Below are positions 13,311 to 28,441 of a stretch of DNA of 64,000 bases, in pieces. The DNA is from Lama guanicoe (Eukaryota): NCBI GenBank assembly GCA_013239625.1, contig MU053557.1:3068123-3132122 (forward strand). Reading direction: 5' to 3'. The first letter of the stretch is position 1. The number at the start of each line of letters is the position of its first letter. A program made the position numbers and the translations under genes. Under the pieces are notes generated by a model. It saw nothing but the letters and a program-made list of their open reading frames with translations, was not told where the DNA came from and ran no database searches.

Positions 13311-16249
13311 ACTAAATACTATAATATATATTTTTAAATTATAATTTAATATATTTTTATTTATAAACATTTATTTTATTATGTGTATGTTTATATTTTT
13401 AATGTGCATAAACGAGTTTGCATGCAGAGTATGAGCAAACAGGAAGGAACTGGTACTGCAGGCTAGAAAGGGGAAGGTAGGGGAACGAGCTACTGGAGGT
13501 GGTGAGATGGATGTGATTCAGAGCCCACGCAAATGGGCTGCCCTTAGGTAGGAGCCAGAACACTTCTCTCACTGAACCAGGAGGGAAGGCGGAGTGTGTA
13601 AGTGTATATATCCCTAAGGTGGTGGATTTGTAGGTAGGCAGATGAAGTAGGTCTCGTACCACTGCCTCTGTGACATGAGTCATCATTCTCTATTTTTAAT
13701 AGCGAATGAGAATTAGACTTGCTAAATATCTATTTGAGACTTGCGGTCCTAAATTTAAAGTGAATCCAATCAGCATTGTTTGTGTTTTTCTCCTTAGCAT
13801 GTACTTAATAGATATTGGTTGGTTTTTGTTTCTGTTTTAAAGTATATAGGTGTGTTTAATCAGGATTGATGTTTCATTGGGAGAGATACCCTCACTCTGA
13901 CAAAATCTGACGAACTGAAAAGTGTATTTTGAGGAAGTAGGCTCAAGAAGTAGATTCCTAGGGGAATCCTAAGAAAATCTAACATCCGTGAGGTCACTCT
14001 AAGCTAGTATTTTTGAGGGTTTATTTTTTAGCTGTTGTGCTAAAATATTACATGCATAATCTCATATATCTTCAAATGCTACTTCCTATAAAATAGGAAT
14101 AGTATTGGTCCCTTTATAAAGATAAGTAGGCTAAAAGATGAGAGGTTTGATTCCTTGCCAAACTACAGAACCAGAAAGTCATGGCAAATCTAGATTCTAA
14201 ATCCCACCTCTGCACCCCACCAATTATTTAAGATAATCAATGTTAACTTTTATTTTACTGTTACTTATATATGTGTCATTACTTCCAAAAATCTGAAACC
14301 AAACTTTACAATTTATACACAATTGCAAAATCAATTTTAAAAATTTCAAGGAGCCACTTAACTTCATGAGTTATAATGTTTTAGTGAAACAAAATCACCA
14401 CTTTTAACTTAATATATTCCAGTTTGACAGTATGACATGATGCCTATTCCTGCTTTCCTAGGAGAGTTCCAGGTACTGGGTATCAGAATTAGAGATGGAT
14501 GGAAAGCCTCAGGAGATGGGAGCAGAGGTGGGAAAGATCAAAACATTTCTGAAGATTCAGCTGGTCTAGTTTGACGCTTAAACACTAGTCAGGTGAAGGG
14601 AAGTCAGATGCATTAAAAAGGGCCAAACTGGGAGAAGAGCACAGAGGGCAAAGTAAGAATCTCTGTATTTGGTAGCAGTGCTGGAAGTCCTCCCGCTGCC
14701 CTGGAATTCTGAGACGGGGCAGCTAGATCAGTAAGGAAAGAAACTGCCTTTCTGGCTAGAGTTGCAGAGGGGCAGACAGTGCCATGTGCCGCGGGAACTC
14801 TTCCTCTAGCCAATCAAAATGTGTAACTGGAACCCTCTCGGCCCCGTCAGGGCCTGCCTAGCCACTCTCTGAATCACAAGTGGCAATTTGTGACCCCATC
14901 AATGACCCAAAGTCATCTCACTTAGACTGTCTCTCTGCAGGCGGTCTATGATCCCCACAAAGTGCAAAATTGTTCATTTTTCCTCTGGACCCCTGATAAA
15001 TTCTATGGGTAAGATTCTGATTTAATTGCTCCTTTTCCCCATCGCCTGTTTACTGGCTGTCTAATTCTCTGAGGTAACTATCTCAAGAGACTCTGGAGAA
15101 AATCGTAATAGTCGTCTCTTCCCTAGAGAAGCTTCATACATAACATCTCCAGAGACAGCACAGATGAGCTGACAGATCACAAAAGCATCCAAAGCTCAGT
15201 CCAGAGAAAGGTCAAAAGAAAATCAGCTACTCCATCAGCAGGTGGGGAAAATAACCTGCAGCCTGTTACGGGTGGTGCGTAAAAGTCATCCCCAGTCTTT
15301 TTCATTGTGTAAATTGTGTATTCTTGTTCAGTTTATGTGAAGTTACAGTTTATGGTTTGAATCAGACAAGTGTATTACTGTCTTTGAGGCTTGTATGACC
15401 CCCTGCGATCAAATTAGGTCCCTCTGATGGTCTCCTGCACCTTTCTTATACAGCCCTTACGGCATTTTATAACTACATGTTTGTTTGTGATGATTAGATT
15501 TAAGAAGGAAGCCATATTCCTTAGTTTACTCTTTTAGCCTCAGCACCCTGTACAAGTAAATAAATATACAATAAATAGCTGTGAAATGGCCACTGAATAA
15601 ACAAGTGTCCATTATGTACCAAGCTGTATAATGGAGTTACTGATGGGTAAGAATGCACAAGTTCCCCAAAGTGTCCAGTCAAATGAGGACTTCAGGCCAA
15701 AAATGTTACTGGTATGAACAATATAATACAATGCAACTCTCTCTAGTGAGGTTTCTATAATGTTCTATAACAGGGACTGGCTGGGTGCTGTGGAAGGGCA
15801 CAGAGGGACAGCATTTAAGTTATGTTCGGCAAGAAGAGGTCAGGAAAGATTACAGTAGAGGAGAAATGAACACAGACACTTCATGTCTCCTGAGATGTAC
15901 ATACAAGTTTCTTCTGGCTAAAAAGGAAGCTTTAATGAACACGTTTCATAACTATTATATGGGAGGCCCCTCAAATCCATTCTATTCACTGCCAAAAAGA
16001 TCTATGTAAACTCTAGATTTTCCACATTTATGAATTTTAGATGTATGAATATTGAACCTGGATGCACTGTACACACAAGATACACAAGCGTGGACGAGGT
16101 CATTTATGTGTGTTTTGCTGGGGGCGTTTAAGGTGTGTTTTTTTCTCTTGGAGAATATTATAAGGCTACTTATGAGACAGAGAAAAAGCACGTTATAAGT
16201 TTCAAATCTTCTTACTCAACTGTTGGGTTTTTCTGAAGAAGATGAAAAC

Positions 16250-17520
16250 GCCTGGAAGTTTGACAACATATTCTAGAGAGAGAACGTGGGGAAATGGGTG
16301 CTCTCATGTATTCCTGGTTGGAATTCAAAATGATAACACCCTCTATGGAGATAAACTTGGCAATATAGAGTCTCAAATTACATATGCCTGTACCCTTTGT
16401 TTTAACAAATCTTTATCTTAGCAAATCCACTTCTAGGAATCTACCCCAAAGTAATTCTGGCCGAAATACAAAAAAGACAACCAGGATTTTCAGTAAGGAG
16501 TAAGAGGCACTGGCATAATACTGATGAGATTAAGAGTTGCTATAGTCTTGAATATAAACTGAAAATATCATTAAGAATTTATGGTGCATTTATCTTCTGT
16601 GTCATTTGTGTATGTATGTGTACACTGTGCCTACACTTACGTCAAATATCTATGTCTATTCCCAGCTCTGTCCATTGAAAAGACCTAATAACAATGATAA
16701 GCCAGTTGCAACAAACACTTCTGTCACTCAGATAGTTTGGGGGAGGAAATGTATAAGATAACCAGGAATATCTTTTCATATCAGAAAGTCATAAAGCTAT
16801 CAAAACCTACTAGAGTCATGTCAAAATAACGTATGATCCAAACTGGCTATATTCCTACTGACCAAAGAATGGACATTATGAACATCATTAAGGGTGATGA
16901 CATGAAACCCATGAATTCATTATGATTTTTTTTTAAAGAACTTATTGATTGCGTTGGGAGGATTCTAGGAAACTAACAAACTATTTTGAAAAGTTGTAAG
17001 TAAAAGAAAGACTTCGAAGTATTTGTTTTACCTAACCTATATGAACTGTATCTCAAAGTAACGAAATAATTGGTGAAAGCCAATTTCTCTTTATGAAAAG
17101 TACTCGAGGTAAAATATAAATGAGAAATGGTAGGATTCAAATATTACAGCGCCAAAGGAATTTTTAGATCTAGACAGTCAGATGATTAGTGGCTGAAATA
17201 TCATGAAAAGATGGACTTATTAATTACATATCTCCTGATCAAAGTACACACCACCACCTGTAAAGCAGTCTTTCCTCCCTCCCCCAAATCAAACTGAATC
17301 TGAGTAAAACTTAAAATCTAACCGCCAATTTTCACAAAATTCAGAGTGTTGTGGAACATAGAGAAAGCCATGCCAGGCATGCAAACAACAAGTCAGACTG
17401 TGGAAGTGCCACAGGAAAAATGCTTTTGTTTCTTCAACAAAAAATTACTAGGAATAAAAGAAAAGTTGGTCAGGGAAACTACAGAATAAAAAAGATTTTA
17501 AAGGCACATACACCAGGGAC
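16250..17520 (+). mobile_element. Ancient LINE-1 3' region (L1MC-like)
   Basis: gtggggaaatgggtgctctcat...gcaaatccacttctaggaatctaccc followed by old L1 3'UTR-like sequence. Confidence 0.6.
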
Positions 17521-17600
17521 AAAATATGGACCTTCTTTAAATCTATTTAGAGGACCCAAATATTCTATAAAAGTTCCTTTTTTAAGAGCAAACATTTTTA

Positions 17601-17741
17601 GGGGGAGGGTACAGCTCAAGTGGTAGAGCGCATGCTTAGCATGCACAAGGTCCTGGGTTCAATCCCCAGTACCTCCTCTAAAAATAAATAAATCTAATTA
17701 CCTCCCCCTCAAAATAAAATTAAATAAATAAATAGGTAAAT
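17601..17741 (+). mobile_element. tRNA-Ala-derived SINE (camelid Vic-1-like)
   Basis: gggggagggtacagctcaagtggtagagcgcatgcttagcatgcacaaggtcctgggttcaatccccagtacctcc, then ctaattacctcc and an A-rich tail. Imperfect TSD aagagcaaacattttta/aaaagcaaactgtttta. Confidence 0.9.
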
Positions 17742-17884
17742 AAAAGCAAACTGTTTTAGAGAACAGTAAGGGAATTGTAAACATTGAGTTTTGGAAGAAA
17801 ACTAGTAGTCTAGATGATTTAAATAGTTTATAGATGTTGACTCATCTGTGTTAGTTCCTTTCCTGATGGGAAAACATGGATCAT

Positions 17885-18150
17885 TTTTCTTTTTTAAATT
17901 GAAATATATGTGACATATAACATTGTGTAAATTTAAGGTGCAAGCATGTTAATTTGACACACATGTATTATAATAGGGTTGTCATCGTGATAATTAGCAC
18001 CACTATCACATTACATAACGATCCTTTTTTTAGTGGTTGGATTCATTAAATTCTAACCAAGAGGCAAGTGTATTGATTATAATACAGTATTGTTGTATCT
18101 GTTCACTACACTGTGTTTTAGAGCTCTAGGCTTATTTACTACTTGTTGGA
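17885..18150 (-). mobile_element. LINE-1 3' end fragment
   Basis: ttttttaaattgaaatatatgtgacatataacattgtgtaaatttaaggtg, an antisense L1 terminus. Confidence 0.7.
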
Positions 18151-19837
18151 AGGAGACAGAATATATTAAGTCTATCAGAGTAGAAAGAAATATTCTTGTT
18201 GTATTTACTAGGCCTTTTAAATACAAAAATATAAATAAAAATAAAATGACTTATAATCCTACCATTTAGAGAACTGGTTATCTTATTTTTAGAAAAATGT
18301 TATGCACATAGCACCCTGTGTGTGTAATGTTTCTTTTCCTTTTGTGCTTGTATGTGTATATGTTTAATATATCCTTTTATGTATACTGTGTACTATAATG
18401 AATATTGCAGTATAAACACTGTCCTTTCCCTCATTTTGTCTCATAATGTAACACCTTGGAAAGCTTTTCATATCCGAATATACATCTGCTTTATTTTTTG
18501 AAAATTCCTGTATAATCAGGAACATGAATTTACCATAATTTATTCACATGCTCGCCTGTTGATAGGCATGCAGATTGTTTTGATTTTTGTATGATGCAAT
18601 GAGTATCCTTATAAGTACATCTTGATACAATTTTCCAAGTATATCCATGGTGAAAGTTTCTAGGGGTGAAATTATAGGGTCACATGCCGTATGTTTTTTA
18701 AAAAGGCATTTCCAAATTGTCCTCAAAGGCACTTTCACCAAACTGCCTTCCATCCAGAGCGTATGAGAGTGCCGGGTTCTCCTTGTTCACACAACCAGTG
18801 GCTCTCGCCAAGCCTTGATGGACATGTTCTCCCTCTGACACGCTAGTGAATAGGAGTCAGACACGCTTGTTTAGACTGTAAATTCCCTCCCTCCAAATTT
18901 ATAGCACAGAGAACTTAGATTCTTGTCTCAACTTGTTTCCAATGTTATCCAAGCCATTAACCTTTTTTTTTTACCTCAGTTTGTCATGCATGCTATGGCA
19001 TTTCAGTTAAAACACACACACACCAACAACAACTGGGAATGGTTTTTATAAACTACTGAAATCTGACTTTTGCAAACCTTGGGTTTTCTGGGTTGTCATG
19101 GTAAATTCATTAGGTAAAATAATACTAGTTTGGTTTTATTTTTTTATGAATTTCACACTAGGTACACTTTGGAAACTTACTGCAGAACCACAAGAGGAGC
19201 AATTTGGGCCACTGCTCCAAAGAAAGGTTTTAAAGTTCAAATTGGTATGTATCAAACGGTACAGTGTAGCCTAACCCACTCTTTGCCCATTCCTCAGGGG
19301 TCTCTTCTCACAAGGGTTAATGCTTTTCTTAACCTGTGAAAACCCTGCGGCGGTCACTCCCTGGTCAGAGTCTGGAAAACACAGGTTAACTGTTCCATCA
19401 GCTCAGTGCACAGGACAACATTGGTTTTTAACACTTCCATGGAGATCCCTAGCAGAAGATTGGAAATGTCCCACCATTGGAATGAGACTACCTAAGATGC
19501 ATACAAATTGAATTTTGAGAGTTGAACTGAAGGGCATTTAAATAATTATTCTAGTCCCTGACAGGATTTTATTATAAGCTTTAGATTTTTTTTTAGAGAA
19601 TATTAAAAGCAGCAAGGTCAAAGCAAAAAATAACACACACAGGGACTCCCATTGTATCAGCCGATTTTTCACTGGATGCTTTTTGTCTCATGAACTTTAC
19701 TGGTAACTGCAGATAGCACGTGTATTAACTGCGTGGGTTTAGATGCAATCCTGCCTCCACAATTTCCTAACATGTGATTCTAGAGCAAATATTTAACCTT
19801 TCTACACCATAACCCCTTTTTTCCCTAATCAATATGC

Positions 19838-22470
19838 TCTTTTTTCTGCAATAATTTTATTGAGATGTATTTTACACATCACAAAATTCACCCATTTCAA
19901 GGGTACAATTTAGTGATCCCTTTAAGTAGTTTTACTAAGTGATGCATCATCACTATAAATCAATTTTAGAAACTTTTATCCTCCCTGTAAGATTCCTTGT
20001 GCCATTTTAGTTAATCTCCATTCCCATCCTGAGCCCCAGGCAATTGATAATCTATTTACAGTAGATTTATATATATATAATATATTATATATATTTAATA
20101 TAGTTTTATATAATACATATAATACAATACTTATAAATATATAATATAAATATAAAATAAATATAAAAATAAATAATATAATAAAATATATATATATGTG
20201 TGTGTGTATATATATAAAGTATAAATTTGCCTTTTCTGACAGTTTTGTAAGTATGCAATCTAGTGCTTCTGGCTTCTCTCATGTAGCATGTTTATGGAGT
20301 TCATCCATGTAGCATGTGCTACGATTCCTTCCTTTTTAGTGCTGAATAGTATGTCACTATATGGATATACCACATTTTGTCCATCCGTTTACCAGTTGAT
20401 GGACATTTAGCTTGTCTCCAGTTTTTGGTGGTTACAAATAATGCTGCAAGAAATATCTGTGTACCAGTCTTTGCATGCAAATATGATTTTATTTCTCTTG
20501 AGTAGATACCTAAGAGCGGCACTGCTGGGTGATACGGTAATTTTATGTTTAACTTTTTGAGAGACTCACGAACTGTTTTCCACAGTGACTGCACCATGTT
20601 CACTCCCACCAGCGATTTATGAGGGTTCCTGTTTGTCCACATCCCAGAGCCAACATTTGTTATTGTCTGTTTCACGTATTATAGCCATTCAGGGGAGTGT
20701 GACATTTGTGGTTTTCATTTCCATTTCTCTAATGCCTAATGATATGGGCATCTTTTCCCATGTATCTTCTTTAGTGAAATGTCTTTTCGTATCTTTGTCC
20801 ACTTTTTTGGGTTATTTTATTGTTAAGTTGTAGTAGTCCTTTGTAAATTCTGGGTATAATCCTATATGTTACATATTTTGCAAATAGTTTCTCCTCGTCT
20901 GTTGCCTGCCTTTTCACTTTCTTTTTCTTTCTCAGTTTGATTAGGTAGAATTATTACAATTCAACTGCACATACACATTATATCACATGTAAATACATAT
21001 GTACAGTTGCTGTACATTTTTTTTAGTTTGCATATATGAACTGATTATTGTTTCTAAGAACAGATTAGAGCTTTGGCCTTTTCATTTTCTTATGATGTAT
21101 TTTGAAGTGGAAAGGTTTTGAATTTGGATAAAGTCTAATTTTTCAATCTTTTAATGGACCTTGCATTTGGTATTGTTTCTAGGGAAATTCTGCTTAATCC
21201 AACGTCTTAAAAATTTTTTCCCTATGTTTTATTCTAAAAGTTTTGTTGTTAAATCTGTGATCCATTTGCGTTCATTGTTCTGTATGGTGTGGAGGTCAAA
21301 GTTCTTCATTTTTGGAAGCAATATCTAATCATCCCAGCACCATTTGTTAAACCAATTGTCTTTTCCTGGCACCTTAGTCAAAAATCAATGGACTATAAAC
21401 ATAAAGATATATTTCTGAATTCTTAATTCTGTTCCATTGACCTATACATCTTTCCTTATGCCAGTACCAAACTGTGTTGATAACTATAGCTTTATAGTAC
21501 ATTTAGAAGCTGGGAAGTGAAAGTCCTCTGATTTTTTCTTCTTCAAAATTATTTTGACTATTCTAGGTGTTCTGCATTTCTTTATCATTTTAAGTGATGC
21601 ATGTCAATTCATTCAAAAACAAGAAACTGCTAGAAATTTAATACGAATTGCACTGACTATTGATAAATTTGGGCATAATTGATATCTTGACAATATTTGA
21701 GTCTTTCAGTCTATGAACATGGAATGTTTATCCAGTTATTTAGATCTTTTTTAATCTCCCTAAGCTTCGTAATTTTCTGTGGCTTGCTTTTCTTTGCTAA
21801 ATTGATTCCTAAGTATTTACAATTCTTGAAACTTTTGTGAATGCAATTGTATTATTAATTTTATTTCCATATTATTTATTGCTTGTATTAGAAAAATACA
21901 ACTGATTTTTGTATATCAACCTTATATCCCACAACCTTGCTATCTTGTTTATTAGTTCTAATAGTTTTTTGTAGATCCTTTTTGATTTTCTATATGCAGA
22001 ATCAGGTTGTCTGTGATTAAAGGAGGTTCTACTTCTTCCTTTCCAGTGTGCCTGCCACACCTTCCGGCCTTCTTTCCTTCCACTTGTCCTTTCTTTCTTC
22101 CACTGGCTAGGCTCTCCAGCACTATATTAAATAGAAGTGAGAGCAGATGTTCTGGTTTCTGACCCTAGAGGGAAAGTATTCATCTTTCCCTATAAAGTAT
22201 GATATTCACTGCAGATTTTGTTGCAGATACCCTTTATCAGACTGAGGAAGCTCCCTTCTATTCCAAGTTTAAGAGTTTTTATCATGAGTAAGTGTTGTAT
22301 TTTGTCAAAAGTTTTTCCTTTTGCTACTGAGATAATCATGTTTTGTCCTTTATTCTATCAATATGATGTACTAGATTAATTGATTTTTCAGATATTAACC
22401 CCACTTGGTCATGGTGTATAATTTTTTAAATACGTATGGATTTGGTTTGCTATTTTTTTTTTGAGGATTA
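19838..22470 (-). mobile_element. LINE-1 (about 2.6 kb, 5'-truncated, L1MB-like) inserted into a MIR; contains an AT-rich low-complexity patch at about 20068-20220
   Basis: Minus-strand ORFs 20319..20675 and 21872..22060 translate to L1 ORF2-like peptides. MIR halves flank it at about 19725-19810 and 22475-22615. Confidence 0.85.
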
Positions 22471-23329
22471 ACCCTAAATTCCCATCATCAGTAAAAATGA
22501 GGATAATGATATTACTTACCTCACAGGTTTTTAGTAACAATTTAATGCAATAATACACATAAAGGACCTAGCATGGTATCTGATACATAGTAAGAGCTCA
22601 ATTAATGGGAACCGTGTTGATTATACCATGGACAATAAATATCTTCATATAATTACTTCATATAAAATAATAGGAAAGAACTACATAAAATAAATTAATC
22701 TGCTTACTACCAGGACTATATTACATTCATGGATGGAAGAAGAAAGGTAATTATAATAGCTAACACCCATTACTTGCTGTCTTCCACATAGTGTTTTAAG
22801 CACTTTATGTATGATAACTTCATTTAATCTTCCCAACAGCCCTAGGAGGTATGTACCATTATAGGTGGGTATGCTGAGGGCATATATGTTATGAAGACAT
22901 TAACAGGCAGAGTTGGGATTTGAACACAAGTAGTCAGGCTCCTGACCACTATGCTGTAGTGCCATGCCTTGTGTTAATTACTTTGCAAACATGATATTTA
23001 ATTTACCCTTTGCCTCATGGTGCATTAAACTATTTCCAATGTACAAATATCTTCTCTGAGTTTCAGTTTCCTTTAAGGGACTTGCTCAAAATTCACATGT
23101 GATAATTTAAACCCAGGTTTATCTGAAGCCTATGCATTTTCCATTTGTATTTTACTTAAGTATGTTTTTAAAGTGATTCCACCTTTAATGAATCAGTGTC
23201 TTTTTCTCCAAATTCTGAGAGCTTTTAGAAGTGATAAATAATCTCACCATGCACTTCCTGTGCTTTGCTAGATGGAGACATCAGAACTGACCCTTGTTGA
23301 GGTCAAGTCTGAATGAGGATTTGACACAG

Positions 23330-23586
23330 TAGTTCTGGAATAGGCAGCAGGTTCCCCTAATGTCATGTCACCCACAGGAAGAAATGTACTTCTAATCACA
23401 ACCCAGTAGATATATTCACAGAAACACACTTCATACTCACAAAAACAATGTTTAACTTTCCATGTTAATAGCATTTATTCTGTTATTCAGTCTATCTGAT
23501 TTCTTCAAAAATAGTGCTTGTCGGAACCAAGCAAGGTGATTTCACAACACGTTGGTGGGTTATGAGCCACACTTTGGAAAACACTC
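23330..23586. mobile_element. hAT-Charlie-like DNA transposon fossil
   Basis: Ends cagtagttct ... cactttggaaaacact; a similar end (cagtttgaaaaacact) occurs at about 658-673. Confidence 0.4.
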
Positions 23587-24961
23587 ATGGGAAATTATGT
23601 TAGATCTCTTCCGCTCAGATTTAGATTTATCTCAGGGTGGCCTTCATGAGACAGTTTTAAGCTGGTGAGTGACTTCTCGGAACTGATTTGGTAATCATGT
23701 TAATTTCTAAAAATAGAACGTAAGGAATGGCTACCAGACCACCCAAACTTGAGTTTTCATCTTGCTCTTTCTCTTTCCTTTCTTTAGTTCATTCAGGAAT
23801 TTGTCACTTTTTCTATGACTATTTGTAGAGTCTACAGCATCCAGGTAGTCAAGGATGAGTAAAACCAGGCATGCATCCTGATGCCAGAGTGGGAAGGAAA
23901 GCAGTTAATCCACAGGAAAATATTATCCAAAAGGAAAACACTTTCAAATTCTGTTAAGCTGTGTGGACAGGAATATGGCGTGGTGTGTAACAGAGAGGCC
24001 TAATTCGCTATGGGGTGTTAGAAATGTCTCTGTGAGAAGTGCCGCTTGGGCTGAGACTGAAAGCTGAATAGAAAATAAGCAGACAGCATTGTGAGTGCAG
24101 GCCCAGGTCACACCATACACATCACAATCTTCTAGGGCTGGAGGAGGCATGAACTACTAGTTGAGAAATGGAAAGAAAAGATCTTCAAGCTAAGTCTGGA
24201 AAAATAAACTGGGCCAGACCACACAGGGTCCTGCAGACCATGGAAAAAGGTGTAGGGTTTTTATGAGGCTGGAAAACATAAAAATCACATTGTAGATGCC
24301 TGGTGTGTAGAACGGACTGGAAGGGTCCAAGATTACACAGAGAGAGCTATGAATAGTCTGTGGCAATAGTCTGGGTCAAACAGGATGGAATGGGGGTGGG
24401 TAGGGTGGTGGTTGTCTGTTACTTTTATCTTCTCTTACTGAGCAGACTTTACAATGCATTTCACATGCACTGGGACCAGACTTAATAATTTTGGAGCTGT
24501 CAATGAAGAAATAAATAAGCCATGATAGAGTATCACAAAAAAAAAAGCAATGGAAATGCAAAATGGCCAAGGTTTAGGGAAGCTCTTACTTTTTTATTTT
24601 TAAAAAATCAGATTATGAACCTTCATATCCTAGTTATCACCAAACGGTATGATGCCCACATATTTTACTGGATATAGGTCTGGAAATAAAATACTTATCT
24701 TCTCTCCCTCCGAGAGGATAGGATCTGTAATAGAGGGCTTCTGATCTGATGTGCTGAAAGAGAAGGATGATTTGTAACAGCCAAACCTGGCTCCAGGGTG
24801 AAATAAATGTCTAATCATACTGGGCAAGGGAAGCATGCTGCCTCTTGCCTGGGCTTCTTCTTTCTTTGATTAATAATCCCCCGCATGGTCGAACACTGTC
24901 ATTGTCATTAACTTGGCAGACTTTACCAGTCTGTTCTTGGAATAAAAATAGCTTAGCCCAA

Positions 24962-25834
24962 TAGCCAAAAGGTACATGAAAAAATGCTCAATATCGCTAA
25001 TGATCAAAGAAATGCAAATCAAAACTATAATGAGGGATCGCCTCACACCAGTCAGAATTGCCATCATTAAAAAGTCCATAAATGATAAATGCTCGAGAGG
25101 GTGTGGAGAAAAGGGAACCCTCCTACACTGCTGGTGGGAATGTAGTTTGATGCAGCCATTATGGAAAACAGTATGGAGATTCCTCAAAAGACTAAACATA
25201 GCCTTACCATATGATCCAGCAATCCCACTCCTGGGCATATACCCAGAGGGAACACCCCAATGTTCATAGGAGCACAATTTACCATAGCCAAGACATGGAA
25301 GCAACCTAAATGTCCATCAACAGATGAGTGGATAAAGAAGCTGTGATATGTTTATATAATGGAATACTACCATTCCCATAAAAAAGAATAAAATAATGCC
25401 ATTTGTAGCAACATGGATGGACCTGGAGATAGTCATTCTAAGAAAGAGAAAGAAAAATACCATATGATATCACTCATATGTGGGAATCTAAAAAAAGAAA
25501 AGAAGAGGACACTAATGAACTTATCTACAAAACAGAAAGAGACTCGCAGACATAGCAAACAATCTTATGGTTACCAGGGGGAAAGAGGTGGGAAGGGATA
25601 AATTTGGGAGTTTGAGATTTACATGTTAGCCACTATATATCAAAATAGATTAAAAAAAGAAACAAGTTTCTTCTGTATAGCACAGGGAATTATATTCAAT
25701 ATCTTGTAATAAACTTTAATGTAAAAGAATGTGAAAACAAATATATGTATGTATATGCATGACTGGGACATTGTGCTGTACACCAGGAATTGACACACTG
25801 TTAACTGACTATACTTCAATTTAAAAAAAAAAAA
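24962..25834 (+). mobile_element. Lineage-specific LINE-1, 5'-truncated (about 870 bp)
   Basis: ORF2 C-terminus, 3'UTR and poly(A). TSD aaaaatagcttagcccaa (24944-24961) / aaaaacagcttagcccaa (25830-25847). Confidence 0.92.
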
Positions 25835-26402
25835 CAGCTTAGCCCAAGCCACAATAAAAATGTCTGTCCGTTCAGGATGAATTTAATAAGAACACTGTCC
25901 CCTACTTAAGAGTTCAAAGTAATGGAAGAGGAGTCCTCTGGTCTTTCGCCACGTTCCTGACCTCCACCCTGCCTCCAGTGGGGAGCTGAATGCAGCCGAT
26001 CACTGCTCTGTATGCTACCCCAGTCTGCCTACACTGTTTCCAATGGCACAGAATTATGTTTATGGTTAGTACTCTATCCTCTCGTCTTTCGGTACCCAGT
26101 CCTCACCCATCTCATTTGCCAGCTATCTCAACGAGACCCATTTCACATTCCATGAGTCATCATTGTTTCTATTAGCTAAGGGCAGCCTGTGGTGCAATAG
26201 ATCCCAGACAGCATTACATATTAATTAGCACATTGTTGCTTCCTGAAAGACCTGTAAAACCCAACAGGTATAACGTGTAGTGGTGCAGCTGGGAGGACTG
26301 TGAACCAAAGAGCCCAGGTCCAGGCATCTATCCTGGTACCCCTTAAACCTATGACAGAGATGATCGGCCAGTCCCAGAATCTCAGTTCCTAAAAGACAAT
26401 AC

Positions 26403-26486
26403 AGTATGTACATATATGACTGAAACATTGTGCTGTACACCAGAAACTGACACATTGTAACTGACTATACTTCAATTAAAAAAAAA
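26403..26486 (+). mobile_element. Very short LINE-1 3' terminus (about 84 bp)
   Basis: Same 3' end as the 24962 copy (ctgactatacttcaatt + poly A). TSD aaaagacaatac / aaaagacagtac. Confidence 0.88.
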
Positions 26487-28162
26487 AAAAGACAGTACCA
26501 AAGATGCTCTTCTCACATTTTTACAAAGCACTTCCTGTGTTTCTGTCTAAATTCCCACCAGGGACGTAATTTCTGGTATCTTCTGTATGAATCAGTCTTC
26601 ACTGGTAAACAAAACTTCATTTATTGAACAAGCAGACAGCAAGGACCTAGTCTTCCTTAGAATGTTACTGCTTCAGATTAATGCTTCATTGGCTTTCTCT
26701 TCTTTTGTTTCCAAGTCCTCTCCTCCTCTACCTAGCACAGCGATCGCTATAAAGAAGAAAATGTACTAAGTACAGTTCTCCCATCGATAGTCTACATTTG
26801 TTTCCTAAGCAAAGAACTGGTCCCTAGGAATTGGTTTGCATACCTGGCCACTGCTTTGCAGGCTGTTAATTTTTTGATTCAAATAAAACTTCAATGTGTG
26901 ACCTCAGTGACGTGATGTAGAAAGAAATACGTCAAAAACAGTGTTGATACAGAGAGCCTTATTGTGACCAGAAATCATGCTGGTGCTTTGAGGAAAACAA
27001 ATCATTGTAAGAGGAACACATTTTTAAAGGAGGCTCTTTGCAAACAACAGAGACCAGTTCTGCCCACCTGGATCTCATTTCCTCCTCCCACCCCTCCAGC
27101 CCATGCTCCTTCAAGTGTGAAGCCCAAATCTGAGCATATGTCCTGCTGAAAGCTCTGCCGTGTCTCTCCAACATCTGCAGGCTCGTGAACAAGTTCCTGT
27201 CATGGGATCTTCCCTCAGTCTTCCTCTCCAGCCTCAAGCTTTCCCATCACACCTGTGATTCCAGTGAGCCCAGACTATGTTCTTTCTCACACCTGTGCAA
27301 AATCCATGCTGTTTCCCTCTTTTGGATCTTGCTTTTGGACCTGGAGAACCCTTCACCTCTACCGTTGGTGAGGTGTCTGATCTTGTACAAATGACTTAAA
27401 CTTCACTGGGCTTTGATTTCCTCGTTTGTAAAAACGGGAGCATAAGAGCAGTATTGTGGGGTGGGCTGTGGTCCCCTTGGACAGTGTAGAGCCTGCCCGG
27501 GGGAGTCACTCAAGGGAAAAGTCAGCAATGTCACCTTCATTTTGTAGTTACGATTATTGTCACCATCTTTCACAATTTAACTCAGGTTTCTCCTCTGCTA
27601 AAAAGCTTTCCCTCACATCCTCATCCCAAAGACTGGGTGCAATCCTTCCTTTTACTGTCCATCTACTTCTTCATTGCCCTTTTCACATTCTCTTCTTATC
27701 ATTAATTTGGGTCATGGTTTGTTATAATCTTGCTGCACAGTGAAGTTGTTAGTATGGGAAAATATGCATGAGATGGTTCAGGGAGGCCTCATAATTCATA
27801 GTTTACAGACCTCCTGCAACAGTACAGTTAGGATAGGCTCATGAATGATAAGTGAGTAAATGGGGTTTTAGTTCCTGGGCTTTATAGCTTTGCAAACTCT
27901 GTTAACGAGTGCTTGCTCTGTGCCAGGAATAACATTAAATATAATACTCATCATGTTTCATCTTTACTGTGATCCAGTGTGGAAGATATTGTTATCATTC
28001 CCATTTTACACACATGGAAACTGAGGGTCTACACCTCGTGATGATCAGTACTCCCAAAGCCTGACCTCTTAGCTCAGGGATGCTCTGCCCTGATCTGTAA
28101 GGTGTCATTTGCCTCTAGGACTCTTTAGTGTGTAAATGTACTTAACCCACTTTCATTTCTAA

Positions 28163-28441
<279 letters not shown>

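Noticed and set aside
17601..17680. Apparent tRNA-Ala(AGC) gene, and five similar copies
   Set aside because: Each has an A-rich tail and target-site duplications, most share a non-tRNA 3' module, and there is no adjacent T-run terminator. These are SINEs, not tRNA genes.
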